Both the position numbers and the translations under genes were made by a program. Below are positions 9,342-20,300 of a DNA stretch of 64,000 nt, piece after piece. Source of the stretch: Gemmatimonas sp. (GTDB lineage: Bacteria; Gemmatimonadota; Gemmatimonadetes; Gemmatimonadales; Gemmatimonadaceae). The stretch spans positions 2,208,001 through 2,272,000 of the forward strand of contig OZ257156.1 of NCBI GenBank assembly GCA_965279375.1. The letters are read 5' to 3'. Within the stretch, counting starts at the first letter, position 1. Each line of letters starts with the position of its first letter. The notes under the pieces are model-generated. The model saw only the letters and a program-made list of their open reading frames with translations, did no database searches and was not told the DNA's origin.

Positions 9342-11009
9342 TCAGTTCACTCGTGCGTTGCGGTGCAGTGCGATCGCACCGTTGGCTGGTACCGAAATCG
9401 TCGCTTCGCCCGTCGCGCTCACTACCACCGCGTTGCCGCTACAGGTTGCCGCACTCGCACCGCTCGCAGCAACGAAGCTGTCGCGCACCACATCGCAGTA
9501 GCGCCCCGAAGCGAGCAGCGTCGGCAACGTCGCCGTGACTGCACCCGCCGTGCGATTGAACGCGACGAAGCCCGCACCATCTCGGCAGAGCGCGATCCGA
9601 TTCGGATCGCCGTCGATACTCGCTGCGCTACGACCGCAACTCGAGAGTGGCGCGCCGACGGCGGCCTTACGAAACGCCACCATGTTGGCGATCGCCGGTC
9701 GGCGATGCTCGCAGATCCATATTCCTGACTGGACCACACCAAGCGTCACCGAACAGCGCGACGCACCGCTCGTTTCGAACGTGGACGCCGTGACGCCGAT
9801 GCCGGCAGAAGGCGGGCCCGCGTCGCGTCCACTCAACGTCGTGCGATCGAATCCGTAGCTCGACATCACGCTGGGATAACCCTGTGGGTGCGCGAGCATG
9901 AAGATGACCGCCAGTTCGTAGCTGGTACTGGCGTAGTACAGATTGTCGCCGCGCTGGTTGTCGTGGTTGTCCACGAAAACGACGCTCTTGTCGGACGGCA
10001 GCGAGCCGGGGGACTGCAACGTCAGCCCGTTGATCGTGCCGCCGTTGCGCCCGCTGAACGCATCCGTCAGCCGGTAGCCGTACTGGAAGTCGCTCACGTC
10101 CGCCACGCCGCCCGATGCATAGCCCACGCCATAGTACGGCGGTGGCGTGACCGCTTCACCGGCGTTGTTGATGATCTCGAGAAATACATACGGACGGCTA
10201 CGTCCCACCGAAGCGGCGGCCGCGTTCACTCGACTGAGTATCGCGTCGAGGTCGCGTGGAGCGACGTGCTTGGCGGCATCGATGCGGAATCCGGCTACGC
10301 CCAAGGCGTTGAGCGCGATGAGATAGTTGGCAATTGTCTCGCGCACCGTTGCGTCCTCGGTGCGGAGATCCGCGAGCCCAACCAGCTCGCAGTTCTGCAC
10401 CTGAAACGCGTTGCCGTAGCTCTCGATGCTGCAGGGCGAGTGAAAGTCGGCGATACCAAAGGGCGCCGCGGGATAGCTGTACTTCGTGTAGACGCTTCCC
10501 GCACTGCCGGTGCCGCTGCCAGCCGTCATGTGATTGATCACGACATCGGCATAGATCTCGACGCCCACGGCACGGCAGCGTGCCACCATGTCCGCCAGCT
10601 CTGCGGCTGTGCCTGAGCGCGAACGATCCAGCTTGTAGCTGACCGTCTGGTAGCGCTGCCACCACGGATAGAACGCGCCCCCGCTGGTGATGACGGCATG
10701 TTCGGACGGCGGTGAGATCTGCACTGCCTTGTAGCCCTTGGGGCCTAACCAGACTTCGCACTCGCGCGCGATGTCCGGCCAACGCCACTCCAACAGATGC
10801 ACGAACACATCGCCGGCCGCTGCACGACCGCTGGACCTGTAGTCCTGCGTCAATTCCGTCGGTGGTGTAACCGGCGGCAACACTGGGGGCGTCGGTGACG
10901 TCGGCGAGGCATCACTGCCACCGCTGCAGGACGTCACGAGGCAAACACTCACGGCGATCAGCGCCAAACGGATGCTAAGCCTCGCGGCGCCGCGCCAGCG
11001 AGCGATCAC
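9342..11009 (-). CDS. Lipoprotein alpha-amylase (GH13, subfamily 32-like)
   Basis: Lipobox VTSC, Pro-rich linker, WWQRYQ, DVVINH, GFRIDAAKH, FVDNHDNQR. Confidence 0.92.
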   Translation of the reverse strand: MIARWRGAARLSIRLALIAVSVCLVTSCSGGSDASPTSPTPPVLPPVTPPTELTQDYRSSGRAAAGDVFVHLLEWRWPDIARECEVWLGPKGYKAVQISPPSEHAVITSGGAFYPWWQRYQTVSYKLDRSRSGTAAELADMVARCRAVGVEIYADVVINHMTAGSGTGSAGSVYTKYSYPAAPFGIADFHSPCSIESYGNAFQVQNCELVGLADLRTEDATVRETIANYLIALNALGVAGFRIDAAKHVAPRDLDAILSRVNAAAASVGRSRPYVFLEIINNAGEAVTPPPYYGVGYASGGVADVSDFQYGYRLTDAFSGRNGGTINGLTLQSPGSLPSDKSVVFVDNHDNQRGDNLYYASTSYELAVIFMLAHPQGYPSVMSSYGFDRTTLSGRDAGPPSAGIGVTASTFETSGASRCSVTLGVVQSGIWICEHRRPAIANMVAFRKAAVGAPLSSCGRSAASIDGDPNRIALCRDGAGFVAFNRTAGAVTATLPTLLASGRYCDVVRDSFVAASGASAATCSGNAVVVSATGEATISVPANGAIALHRNARVN

Positions 11010-12445
11010 GGTGCGGCCGCTGCACTACCGCCGCGGACGAGCACGCGGTAGCCGTGCCGGGGGATCGTAATCTGCTGCGTGGTCGCAAGCGTCAGCGATT
11101 GCTTGCCGAACCAGTCGGTGTACTCGCCGGGCGTCGGCAGGCCTACGTACTGCACCGTTGCATCGATGTTGCCGAAGTTCACGAACGCCACCACGCTGTT
11201 GCCGTCGCGCTTGCGCGTGAACGCAAAGATGCGCTCGCCGCCATCGGTGGTGAGAAGCGTTTGCTTGCCGCCCCACGGACCGTTCCACAGCGCGGGCTGT
11301 GTGTGCCGCAGCGCAAACAGCGATCCGTAGAAGTCCGCCAGCGACGGTCCGCTCCAGTCCACCGTATCCTTCTCGAAGAATCGCAGGCGCTTGGAGAGGC
11401 TCGCCTCCTGTCCGGTGTAGAGCAACGGCAACGAGTTCTGTGCCGTCGCGCTCAGCACGTACGCGGGCACGTGGTTCTCGCGCATGCGCTCGAACTCGGA
11501 GCCTTGCCAGCTGTTCTCGTCGTGATTGCTGGTGAAGTACAGCCGGTATGCACTGGAGGGGAACAACGAATCCTGTCGAGTGAAGTAGGCGCGCAGTTGC
11601 GTGGCGCCGACCTTCCCCTGCGCCACGTCGTTGAGCAGATGGTGCAACTCCCAACCGTACGTCGCATCGAACGACTCGTGCAGCGCGGGATCCTCCCACT
11701 CGGCCAGCATGAACAGATCGGGACGCGCCGCGCGCAGAGTGTCGGACACCTGCTTCCAGAAGTCGCGCGGCACGAGGCCCGCCATGTCGCAGCGGAAGCC
11801 GTCGATCGCCGTGTGTTCAAGCCACCAACGCATCTCGCCCAACATCGCCGCGCGCATCGGTTGGCTGTCGTAGTTGAGATCCGCGACGTCGGACCAGTCC
11901 GTTTCCTTGCCCTTGTCGTCGATCGCGCGCGAGATCGTGCCGTCCGCGCGCAGCGTGTACCAGTCCTTGTGTTCCTTGGTCCAGGCGTGATCGAACGCGG
12001 TGTGATTGGCGACCCAATCGAGGATCACCTTGAGCCCGAGCTTGTGTGCGGAGTCGACCAGCGCGACGAAGTCTGCCTCGGTTCCGAACTCCGGGTTGAA
12101 CGCCGTGTAGTTGGCGACGGAGTAGTAGCTCCCGAGTCCGCCCTTGCGATTGAGCTTGCCGATCGGCTGCACCGGCATCAGCCACAGGACGTCAACGCCC
12201 AGCGCTTTGAGTCGTGGGAGCTCCTTGGTGAACGCGGCGAACGTCCCCTCCGGTGTGTACTGCCGGATGTTCACCTCGTAGATGACTGCGTCCTTGGACC
12301 ATTCCGGATGCATGCCGCGATCAACCACGGATGCTGCAGGCGCCTGCTCCGTCCGTCCGCAGGCGGAGATCAGCAGCGGCGCGACGAGCAGAGACGCAAG
12401 CAGCAGCGCGACGCGACGAAGACGAGACGACAGGCGTGACATCAT
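11006..12445 (-). CDS. Lipoprotein alpha-amylase-family enzyme (GH13, subfamily 36-like)
   Basis: Lipobox ISAC; IYEVNIRQYT, DWVANH, GFRCDMA, LAEW, SNHDE. Confidence 0.92.
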   Translation of the reverse strand: MMSRLSSRLRRVALLLASLLVAPLLISACGRTEQAPAASVVDRGMHPEWSKDAVIYEVNIRQYTPEGTFAAFTKELPRLKALGVDVLWLMPVQPIGKLNRKGGLGSYYSVANYTAFNPEFGTEADFVALVDSAHKLGLKVILDWVANHTAFDHAWTKEHKDWYTLRADGTISRAIDDKGKETDWSDVADLNYDSQPMRAAMLGEMRWWLEHTAIDGFRCDMAGLVPRDFWKQVSDTLRAARPDLFMLAEWEDPALHESFDATYGWELHHLLNDVAQGKVGATQLRAYFTRQDSLFPSSAYRLYFTSNHDENSWQGSEFERMRENHVPAYVLSATAQNSLPLLYTGQEASLSKRLRFFEKDTVDWSGPSLADFYGSLFALRHTQPALWNGPWGGKQTLLTTDGGERIFAFTRKRDGNSVVAFVNFGNIDATVQYVGLPTPGEYTDWFGKQSLTLATTQQITIPRHGYRVLVRGGSAAAAP

Positions 12446-12491
12446 CGATAGGGTGCTGAAGGGAAAGCCGAGTATCGACCATCGCGCCGGC

Positions 12492-15400
12492 TCAGTGCAG
12501 AGCGCGCAACACTTGCAGCGGGAGGTTGTTCCGTGCGACGAGCACCAGCGTGCCGCGCGATCCGTTGGCGAGCACGCGCATCTGCTTCACGTCGCCATCC
12601 AGATGCAGTCCACTGGTTGATTGATCGACGGCCGAGAAGCGACCGCCGCCAATGCCGCGCAGCAGCAATCCGTAGCTGGCATCGTAGCGCCCCTGAACGG
12701 GTGGCACGCGACTGAAATTCCCGCCGAGCAGCAGGTCGATGGTGCCGTCGCCGTCAAAGTCGCGTGCGACGATGGCGTGGGTCGGGGCGAACTGTGCTTC
12801 GACGGGGAGTGACTCGATGGTGAACGTGCCGCGCCCGCTGTTGCGCGCCACCACGCTGGCAAAGGTGCTCGCCTTGAACACGCTGGCCTTCGTGAGATCT
12901 TCTGCCGGAAAGATGTCGTCAACACGGCTGGCACCGAACGACGCGTACGTGAGGTACTTGGGGCGCAGCACGGGCAGCAACTTCACCAGTTCGTCGCGAC
13001 CAGCGAGCGGATAGCTGACGCCGTGCTTGTAGAAGGTCAGGATCTGCTCGAGCGTGCCGTTCTTGAGGAAGTCGTTGACGTATAGCTGCGCGGGCTCTTT
13101 CGCCGACGCCGTGATGTACGAATTGAGCCCGAGATTGCCCAGCACCAGATCGACATGTCCGTCGCCGTCGAGATCGGACGCGCTCACGGTATTCCACCAC
13201 CCTTCGGTGTTGGCGAGGCCCACGTCGGAGGTACGCTCGACCAGCTTGCCGCCTTCCTGGTGGAAGACGCGTACCGGCATCCACTCACCCACCACCACGA
13301 GATCGAGCTTGCCATCGCGGTCGTAGTCGAACCACGCGGCCGAGGTCACCATGCCCGCCGTACTCAGGGCGTTGGCAACCGTGCTGGTCACGTCGGTGAA
13401 CTTGCCGTGCCCGTCATTCTGCAGCAGGTGGCTCTTGGGAACCACGCCGTACTTGCCGGTGACCACGCGTGCGCCAACGAACAGATCGAGATGGCCATCG
13501 CCGTTGAAGTCGCCCGCCGACACCACCGATCCGTTCTCGAAGAACTCGGGGATCGCCGTGCGATCTCTGCTGAAGTGCCCTGCGCCATCGTTGAGATACA
13601 AGCGATCACGCAGAGCCTCGGCGTTGCCTGTGAACTCGTTGCCGCCGCTCACCACGTAGAGATCAGGCTTGCCGTCGCCGTTCGCGTCAAAGAACAGTGC
13701 GTCGGTGTCTTCGGATAGGCTGTCGGCCGCGAGCGCCGGCTCGAGTGCCGCGCGGAATCGGCCGTCCTTCTGCTGCAGCATCAGCGTGCCGGGCTGCCAC
13801 TTGGCGCCACCGAGGTACATATCATCCAGCCCATCACCATTCACGTCAGCGACCGCCAGCGCGGGTCCCTCGGCCGACAGAATGTGAGGCATCAACGGCT
13901 CGCGATCGAAGTCGTTGAACGAGTTCTCTTCGTGCTTGTATGTGAGACCGAAGGTGCTCGTGACGTCGTCGAATCGCGGTGTGGTGGTCGTGGCACCGGT
14001 GGCCGCAGAGAGGTTTGGCGCACGCAGGGCCGCGGCCATGAGCGCGGCGGCGCCTCGTGCGATGTTGCCTGGTATCGCCTGCTTCTGCGACACCGTGAGC
14101 GACGTGTTGAGCGGGACGTTGGTGAGCAGCTGCGTGCGGCGATCCGGCCAGATCACGATCAGCGAGTCGAGCGTGGGAGATGCTGACGTGTCCTTGCCGA
14201 ACCCGAAGTGCAGGCGCGGATCGACGGCGCTTTGGAAGCCGCGAGTTGGACTCTGTTCGAGCAGCTGCATCGTGCCGCGCTGCCGGGCGATCACACGCGC
14301 GCCGATGCCGGCCGTGTTGGCGCCGTCGCCAGCAAGCGTGACGGTGAGATACGAGTTGCCGTTACGCTCACGTGCTCGGTTGCGATAGATCGACGCGGGC
14401 GCGTTGATGTTGTTCGTCACCAGATCGAGCGCGCCGCTGTCGTTCAGGTCAACGTACGCTGCGCCGTTGGAGAAGCCTTTCTGTCCAACGCCCCAAGCGG
14501 TCGCCATGTCAGTAAAGCGCAGGTCGCCATTGTTGCGATACACATGATTGGCCACCGGCACCTGCGGCATCTGCTTGAGCAGGGAGAGGTTTTCCTGCGT
14601 GATCCCCTGCGCGAGCGACGCCTGCACGGTCGCGTTGCCCACGAAGTTGATGTAGTCGAGATCGTTGGGGCGACGCAGGATACCGCTGGTGATGAACAGA
14701 TCCTTCTGTCCATCGTTATCCAGGTCGGCGAAGAGCGTGGACCAGCTCCAGTCGGTGGCGTAGACGCCTGACAGATAGCCGATCTCGCTGAAACGGCCGT
14801 CGCCGCGATTGAGCTGCAGCGTGTTACGTGCGTACTGTGGGTGATAGCCCGCTTCGAGGCGCAGGTTGAACAGCGTCCACGACTCTGCATTGGCCGAACT
14901 CTTGAGCACATCCTCGCGCTCGGGCATCATGTCGGCCACAATGACGTCGGGACGGCCATCGTTGTTCATGTCGGCCGCATCGACGCCCATGGAGAAGCGA
15001 CTCGTGTGCCGCATCGAGGTCGTGATGCGCTCGGCGAAGGTCCCATCACAGTTGTTGTGATAGAGGAAATCGTTCTCCTGAAAGTCGTTGGCTACGTACA
15101 GGTCGACACAGCCGTCGCTGTCCAAGTCGCTCGCGACGACGCCCAAGCCAAAGCCTTCGATGCCGCCGTAGATGCCGGCCTTGGCGCTGACATCCACGAA
15201 GCGCCCGCGATCGTTGCGATACAGTCGGCCCCCGCCAAGCTTGCTCCGTACATCGCGCTTGAGCGCGGTGCCGATCGCGCGTTCCGTGTGCGTCGAGTGG
15301 CTGAGCAGGAAGAGGTCGAGGTCGCCGTCGTTGTCGTAGTCGAAGAAGGCGGCCTGCGTGGAGTAGCCCACGTGGTCCACGCCCATCTGCGCGCTGCGAT

Positions 15401-15953
15401 CGCTGAACGTGCCGTCACCGTTGTTGATGTAGAGCGCATTGCGCCCGTGCATCGTCAGGTAGCTCACCGCCGACACGTAGATGTCCACGCGACCGTCGCC
15501 GTTGACATCGGCCATCGTTACGCCGGTCTTCCATCCCTCCGGTCCACCAACGCCCGCCTTCTCCGTGATGTCCTCGAACTTGTAGTCGCCCTTGTTCAGA
15601 TAGAGCGCGTTCTTGCCGAGGTTGGAGGAGAAATAGAGATCGGGAAGGCCGTCCGCGTTGATGTCACCGACGGCGACGCCTCCGCCGTTGTAGTAGTAGA
15701 GATAGTTGAGAATGTTGAACTCGGGCGCTTCGGGCAGCGTGTTCGCGAAACGCACACCGCTGCTGGTCGGCGCCACGAGCTCGAAAAGCGGAGGACCCGA
15801 CGCCGCTGCCTCACTGCCGACGTTCGTTGCGTCGCCGGACGACGTTCCCGCTGATGTCGCCGACGGTGCTTCGCGCGCACAGCCCGCGAGCAGCAGCGCC
15901 GCCCCAAGCTGCGCGGCGGATCGAGCGACGGTACGTGCGCGCAGCGTGATCAC
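12492..15953 (-). CDS. FG-GAP/VCBS-repeat ASPIC/UnbV-domain lipoprotein (paralog 2)
   Basis: Lipobox LAGC; many DxNxDGxxD Ca-binding repeats; central NTAGIGARV...RGFQS...LHFGFG...IWPD ASPIC/UnbV-like segment. Confidence 0.88.
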   Translation of the reverse strand: MITLRARTVARSAAQLGAALLLAGCAREAPSATSAGTSSGDATNVGSEAAASGPPLFELVAPTSSGVRFANTLPEAPEFNILNYLYYYNGGGVAVGDINADGLPDLYFSSNLGKNALYLNKGDYKFEDITEKAGVGGPEGWKTGVTMADVNGDGRVDIYVSAVSYLTMHGRNALYINNGDGTFSDRSAQMGVDHVGYSTQAAFFDYDNDGDLDLFLLSHSTHTERAIGTALKRDVRSKLGGGRLYRNDRGRFVDVSAKAGIYGGIEGFGLGVVASDLDSDGCVDLYVANDFQENDFLYHNNCDGTFAERITTSMRHTSRFSMGVDAADMNNDGRPDVIVADMMPEREDVLKSSANAESWTLFNLRLEAGYHPQYARNTLQLNRGDGRFSEIGYLSGVYATDWSWSTLFADLDNDGQKDLFITSGILRRPNDLDYINFVGNATVQASLAQGITQENLSLLKQMPQVPVANHVYRNNGDLRFTDMATAWGVGQKGFSNGAAYVDLNDSGALDLVTNNINAPASIYRNRARERNGNSYLTVTLAGDGANTAGIGARVIARQRGTMQLLEQSPTRGFQSAVDPRLHFGFGKDTSASPTLDSLIVIWPDRRTQLLTNVPLNTSLTVSQKQAIPGNIARGAAALMAAALRAPNLSAATGATTTTPRFDDVTSTFGLTYKHEENSFNDFDREPLMPHILSAEGPALAVADVNGDGLDDMYLGGAKWQPGTLMLQQKDGRFRAALEPALAADSLSEDTDALFFDANGDGKPDLYVVSGGNEFTGNAEALRDRLYLNDGAGHFSRDRTAIPEFFENGSVVSAGDFNGDGHLDLFVGARVVTGKYGVVPKSHLLQNDGHGKFTDVTSTVANALSTAGMVTSAAWFDYDRDGKLDLVVVGEWMPVRVFHQEGGKLVERTSDVGLANTEGWWNTVSASDLDGDGHVDLVLGNLGLNSYITASAKEPAQLYVNDFLKNGTLEQILTFYKHGVSYPLAGRDELVKLLPVLRPKYLTYASFGASRVDDIFPAEDLTKASVFKASTFASVVARNSGRGTFTIESLPVEAQFAPTHAIVARDFDGDGTIDLLLGGNFSRVPPVQGRYDASYGLLLRGIGGGRFSAVDQSTSGLHLDGDVKQMRVLANGSRGTLVLVARNNLPLQVLRALH

Positions 15954-15960
15954 CGATGGT

Positions 15961-17373
15961 TCACCGAGTCGAGACGCGAGTCGTCGGGTGTGTCATCAAG
16001 CGCTCGACGATGAGCGCACCCACGCGCCCGCCCTGACGCTGTCCCTGCTCGATCGCGCGACGGTAGTGAATGCCGCCGTACAGCCGACTGATGGCCGCTT
16101 CCTCTGCCGCCTGCTTGAACGACGTGAATGAGCGCACCGGCAACCCGTACTCGGCTTCCGTCGAATCGGCAAAGGCCACGGCATCGCCGTACTTCTCGGT
16201 CAGGACGGCGGCGGCGGCGGTGGAAATGACGCTGTGGCCGCTTGTGTACTCCGGGAATGGTGGCGTTTGCAGCAGCGGTTCCCACGCTTCGTCGAGATAC
16301 GTGTTGATCGTCGTCTCCGGGCGAATCACGTTCGTGGCGTACTTGGTCTCCCACACGCTGAGAAAGCCATCGGCGAGCGCCAGCGCCGTGCGTGCATATG
16401 CATCGGCGGCATCGAGCATGCTCGACTTCTTGTCACGTGCGACAATGCTGACGATGCCCATCCAGTGACCACCCGGCGTCACCTTCTTGGTGGCGAACAT
16501 GGTGTGTCCTTGCACGTGCATCACGTATGGATTGCAGTCCCAGAACGCGGCGATGTTGCGCTGCTCCTGCGTCAGGCTCTTGCCGACGGCGTGCACTTCC
16601 AGCATTTCCGTCCAGAACGGCGACCCCTTCTTCGGGTCGAATTTGTACGGCGGATCCGCTCGGAACTGACTCGCGGAATCGAGAATGAATGGGCGCAACT
16701 TCCCCCAGTTGGGCTCGATCGCGTCCATGTACGCCGGCGGCGTGGGAATCCACCGTCCCGGTTCCTTGGTGACGGTGTACTTGGGCATCCCGCGCATCTC
16801 CTTGTAGTTGTCCTTCGACGCCCACGCGAGAATGTGCTTGGCCACCGTGTCGCCATACGCGACGGACCGTGCGAACACCTCGTCGGACAGCCCGCTCTGC
16901 TTGAACTGCTCGTCCAGCGTTCGGCGCAACGTGTCCATGCGCGCACGCGAGAAGGTGAGCTGCGTTCCGACGGTCATGAGCGCGTGGACGCCGGCGAGCT
17001 CCAGCGAGTACTCCGCGCCCGCTTCCCGCGCAGGCACCGGCGTCAGTCCACGCAACTGACCAGCCAGCGATCGATAGCTCGTATCGCCCTGTCGCAACAC
17101 CTCGTACGCGGCCACGCTGCTGTACGCGTACACGCGACTCGCTTGTGGCGGGCTGAAGATGTCGTACACGATCACACTGGTCAGGTCATGCACGGCGGTG
17201 TGCAATGCTTCCACGTTCGCCGGAGAGTTGGCGGTGCTGCCCGTCGTGGAGGAGGTGCCAGACGACTTGCCTGAAGACGTGCCCGCAGACTTTCCGGCGT
17301 CGCTGCATCGAAGGTAGACCACCGGCACCGCAAGGACGACAACGGCTGAGAGCAGGATCGATTTCAGCTTCAT
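15961..17373 (-). CDS. Exported vanadium-dependent haloperoxidase / PAP2-fold protein
   Basis: All three vanadate/phosphate-binding motifs: KYATNVIRP, PEYTSGH, SRLYGGIHY; N-terminal signal sequence and Ser/Gly/Thr linker. Confidence 0.85.
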   Translation of the reverse strand: MKLKSILLSAVVVLAVPVVYLRCSDAGKSAGTSSGKSSGTSSTTGSTANSPANVEALHTAVHDLTSVIVYDIFSPPQASRVYAYSSVAAYEVLRQGDTSYRSLAGQLRGLTPVPAREAGAEYSLELAGVHALMTVGTQLTFSRARMDTLRRTLDEQFKQSGLSDEVFARSVAYGDTVAKHILAWASKDNYKEMRGMPKYTVTKEPGRWIPTPPAYMDAIEPNWGKLRPFILDSASQFRADPPYKFDPKKGSPFWTEMLEVHAVGKSLTQEQRNIAAFWDCNPYVMHVQGHTMFATKKVTPGGHWMGIVSIVARDKKSSMLDAADAYARTALALADGFLSVWETKYATNVIRPETTINTYLDEAWEPLLQTPPFPEYTSGHSVISTAAAAVLTEKYGDAVAFADSTEAEYGLPVRSFTSFKQAAEEAAISRLYGGIHYRRAIEQGQRQGGRVGALIVERLMTHPTTRVSTR

Positions 17374-20300
17374 TTGATCGGTCGCAGAGATTTGGTCGGA
17401 GACGTCGGATTCGCGCGGAAGAACAGCGGCGTGTCGTTGTTGCGCGCCACCATGATCAGATCGCCCTGGCGTGTGCGAATGCGTTGGATGTCGCGCGCCT
17501 GGCCGGGCACATGAAAGCCGCTCAGCTTCGAATGCACTGGCGTGAAGCCTCCCTTGCCATCACCCGTGAGCAGCAGTCCGTAGCTGCCGTCCATGCCGCC
17601 CAACTCCGGCTTCACACCGTCGAAGTTGCCCGCCGTGAGCAAGTCCAGCTTGCCGTCGCCATCGAGGTCCTGCGCCAGCATGCCGAAGGTCGGCGACAGC
17701 TGCGCTTGTCGCACAAGCGGAACGAGGGTGAACGTGCCGTCGCCGTTGTTTCGCGCCAGTGCAGACTCGAAACTGTACGCCTGCCGAGTGATGGCAGTGG
17801 ACAGGTCAGCCGCAGGGAAGATGTCGGTGATGGTTTGGGTAGCGTAGTCCTTGTAGTTCCGGTAGCGCGCCTTGAGCGGTGGAATCGCCTTGATGATGTC
17901 GTCGCGCAGTACCATCGGATATCGCTTCCCCTGCGACACGGTCGTGACGAGCTGCTCGTCGAAGCCATTGCCGTCGAAGTCCTTGACGTACATCGTCGTG
18001 GGCTCGGTGGCACTGGCAGTGAGCCGCTGGTTTAACCCGGCGTTGCCCAGCAGAAAATCCACGCGTCCGTTACCTGCAAAGTCGCCCGCAATCACGCGGT
18101 TCCACCAACCGTTGCTTTGTTCGAGTCCCGGGCAGGGCATCGGCTGCAACTTGCCGCCGCCCATGTTGCGGAAAATCGTGAGCGGCATCCAGTCGCCGAC
18201 CAGCACCAGGTCGGGACGGCCATCGCCGGTGACGTCGCGCCACAGCGCATCCGTCACGAGTCCCACGTGCGCCAGCTCGGGAGCAAGCGTTGCGGTGACG
18301 TCAGTGAAGTGGCCTGTACCGTCGTTGCGCAACAGTACGCTCTCGGGATCACGCCCGTAGCGCCCCGGTACCACGCGACCACCAACGAACAGATCCAACG
18401 TGCCGTTGCCGTCGATGTCCGCCGCGGCAACGTGCGATCCGCTATTCGACTCGGCCGGGAGATATCCCTCGGTCTTGTGAAAGCGCCCGTTGCCATCATT
18501 CAAATACAACCGGTCCTGCAGTGCAGGGGCGAGATCTGAATACTCGGCGCCGCCGCTCACCACATAGAGATCGGGACGCTTGTCGCCGTTCGCGTCAAAG
18601 AAGAGCGCGCCCACGTCTTCCGAAATGGCATCGGGCTCGAAAAGCCCGGGATTGCTGCGCGTGAAGCGACCGTCTTGCTGCTGCAGCATCAACTGCCCGA
18701 CCTGTTCCTTCGCACCGCCGATGTACACGTCATCGAGTCCGTCGCCGTTCACGTCGGATACGGCAAGGGCCGGGCCTTCGGTGGAGATCATCTTCGGGAT
18801 CAACCGCTCACGATCGAAGTCCACGAAATCGTTCTCATGGTGCGTGAAGCCGAATCCGATTTGCGATGTGACGTCCGCGAGCAGCGCACGAGCAGGCGCC
18901 GCCACCGATGTGGCTGCCGCCGCCGCGTCCTTCTGCAGCAGGGTGATGCGGGCGTTCGTGGCGACATTGCGCGCGACGCTGACACGACCGTCGGGCCACT
19001 CCACTGTGACGGAGTCGAGCTGCGCATGCGCGCCTACGCCAAATGTCAGCAGCGGCTGCATGCTGGATTGAAAGCCGCGCACCGGCGCCTCTTCCTGCAT
19101 GAACTGCTCGCTCCCCACGCGCGCGGTCACGCGCGCACCGACGGCAAAGCGATTCGCACCTTCTCCCTGCAACGTCACCTGCAGGAAGTGATTCTCCTTC
19201 TTGAGCGCACGCGCGTTGTTGCGATAGACGAACGCGTCCATGTTCACGTTGTTCACGACGAGGTCGAGCGCGCCGTCGCCATCGAGGTCACCGTACGCGG
19301 CGCCGTTGCTGAAGCTCGGTGTGTCCAGCCCCCACGACTTGGCCTCGTTGGTGAAGCGCAGATCGCCGTCGTTGCGGAACATGTAGTTGGGGATGCGCGT
19401 GGACGTCATCGCATCGACCAGCTGCAGGAAGTCCACCTGCTTGCCATTGAACACCGCTTCAGCCGCCGTCTGGTTGGCCTGCGACGAGATGTAGTCCTGC
19501 GACGTGACGTCCTTGGCCAAGCCGTTGGTCACGTACACATCCTTGCGACCGTCGAGGTCGAAGTCCGCGATCAGCGCGCTCCAGCTCCAGTCGGTGCGCG
19601 ACACACCGGCGATCTGTCCGATGTCGCTGAACGTGCCGTCTCCGTTGTTGCGCTGCAGCATGTTGCGCATGAACTGCCGGTGATAGCCGTTCTGCACCTT
19701 CTGCTGATACACGTCCCACCCTTCGAACGACGTGGTCGTGCGAAGCCGGTACTCGTCTTCCGGGAACATGTCCGTCGTGTAGATGTCCGGCCAGCCGTCG
19801 TTGTCGATGTCGGCCACGTCGAGCCCCATCGAGAAGTAGCTGCTGTACGGCATCTGCTTGTCGAGCGATTCGGCGAACGTGCCATCGCCCTTGTTGATGT
19901 ACAGGTAGTCGCGTTCGAAGAAGTCGTTGGACACATAGATGTCCGGCAGGCCATCGCGATTCACGTCGGCGACCGCCACGCCCAATCCGAATCCGACTTC
20001 ACTGCCAAAGATGCCCGCCTTCGCGCTGACATCCACGAACTTTCCGGCGTCGTTGCGATAGAGCTTCGCGCCGCCGAGTGAGTCGCGGACCATGCGCGTG
20101 TTGCGCATGCCGAAGCTGCTGACCGGGCGTGGCGAGTTGTTGATCAGAAAGAGATCGAGATCGCCGTCGCGGTCATAGTCGAAGAAGACCGACTGTGTGG
20201 AGTAGCCACCATCCGCGATGCCATACTCGCGCGCCATTTCCTTGAACGTCGGGATGCTGTCGCTGCCGCTGCCTTGATTGATGAACAGCTGATTCGCGCG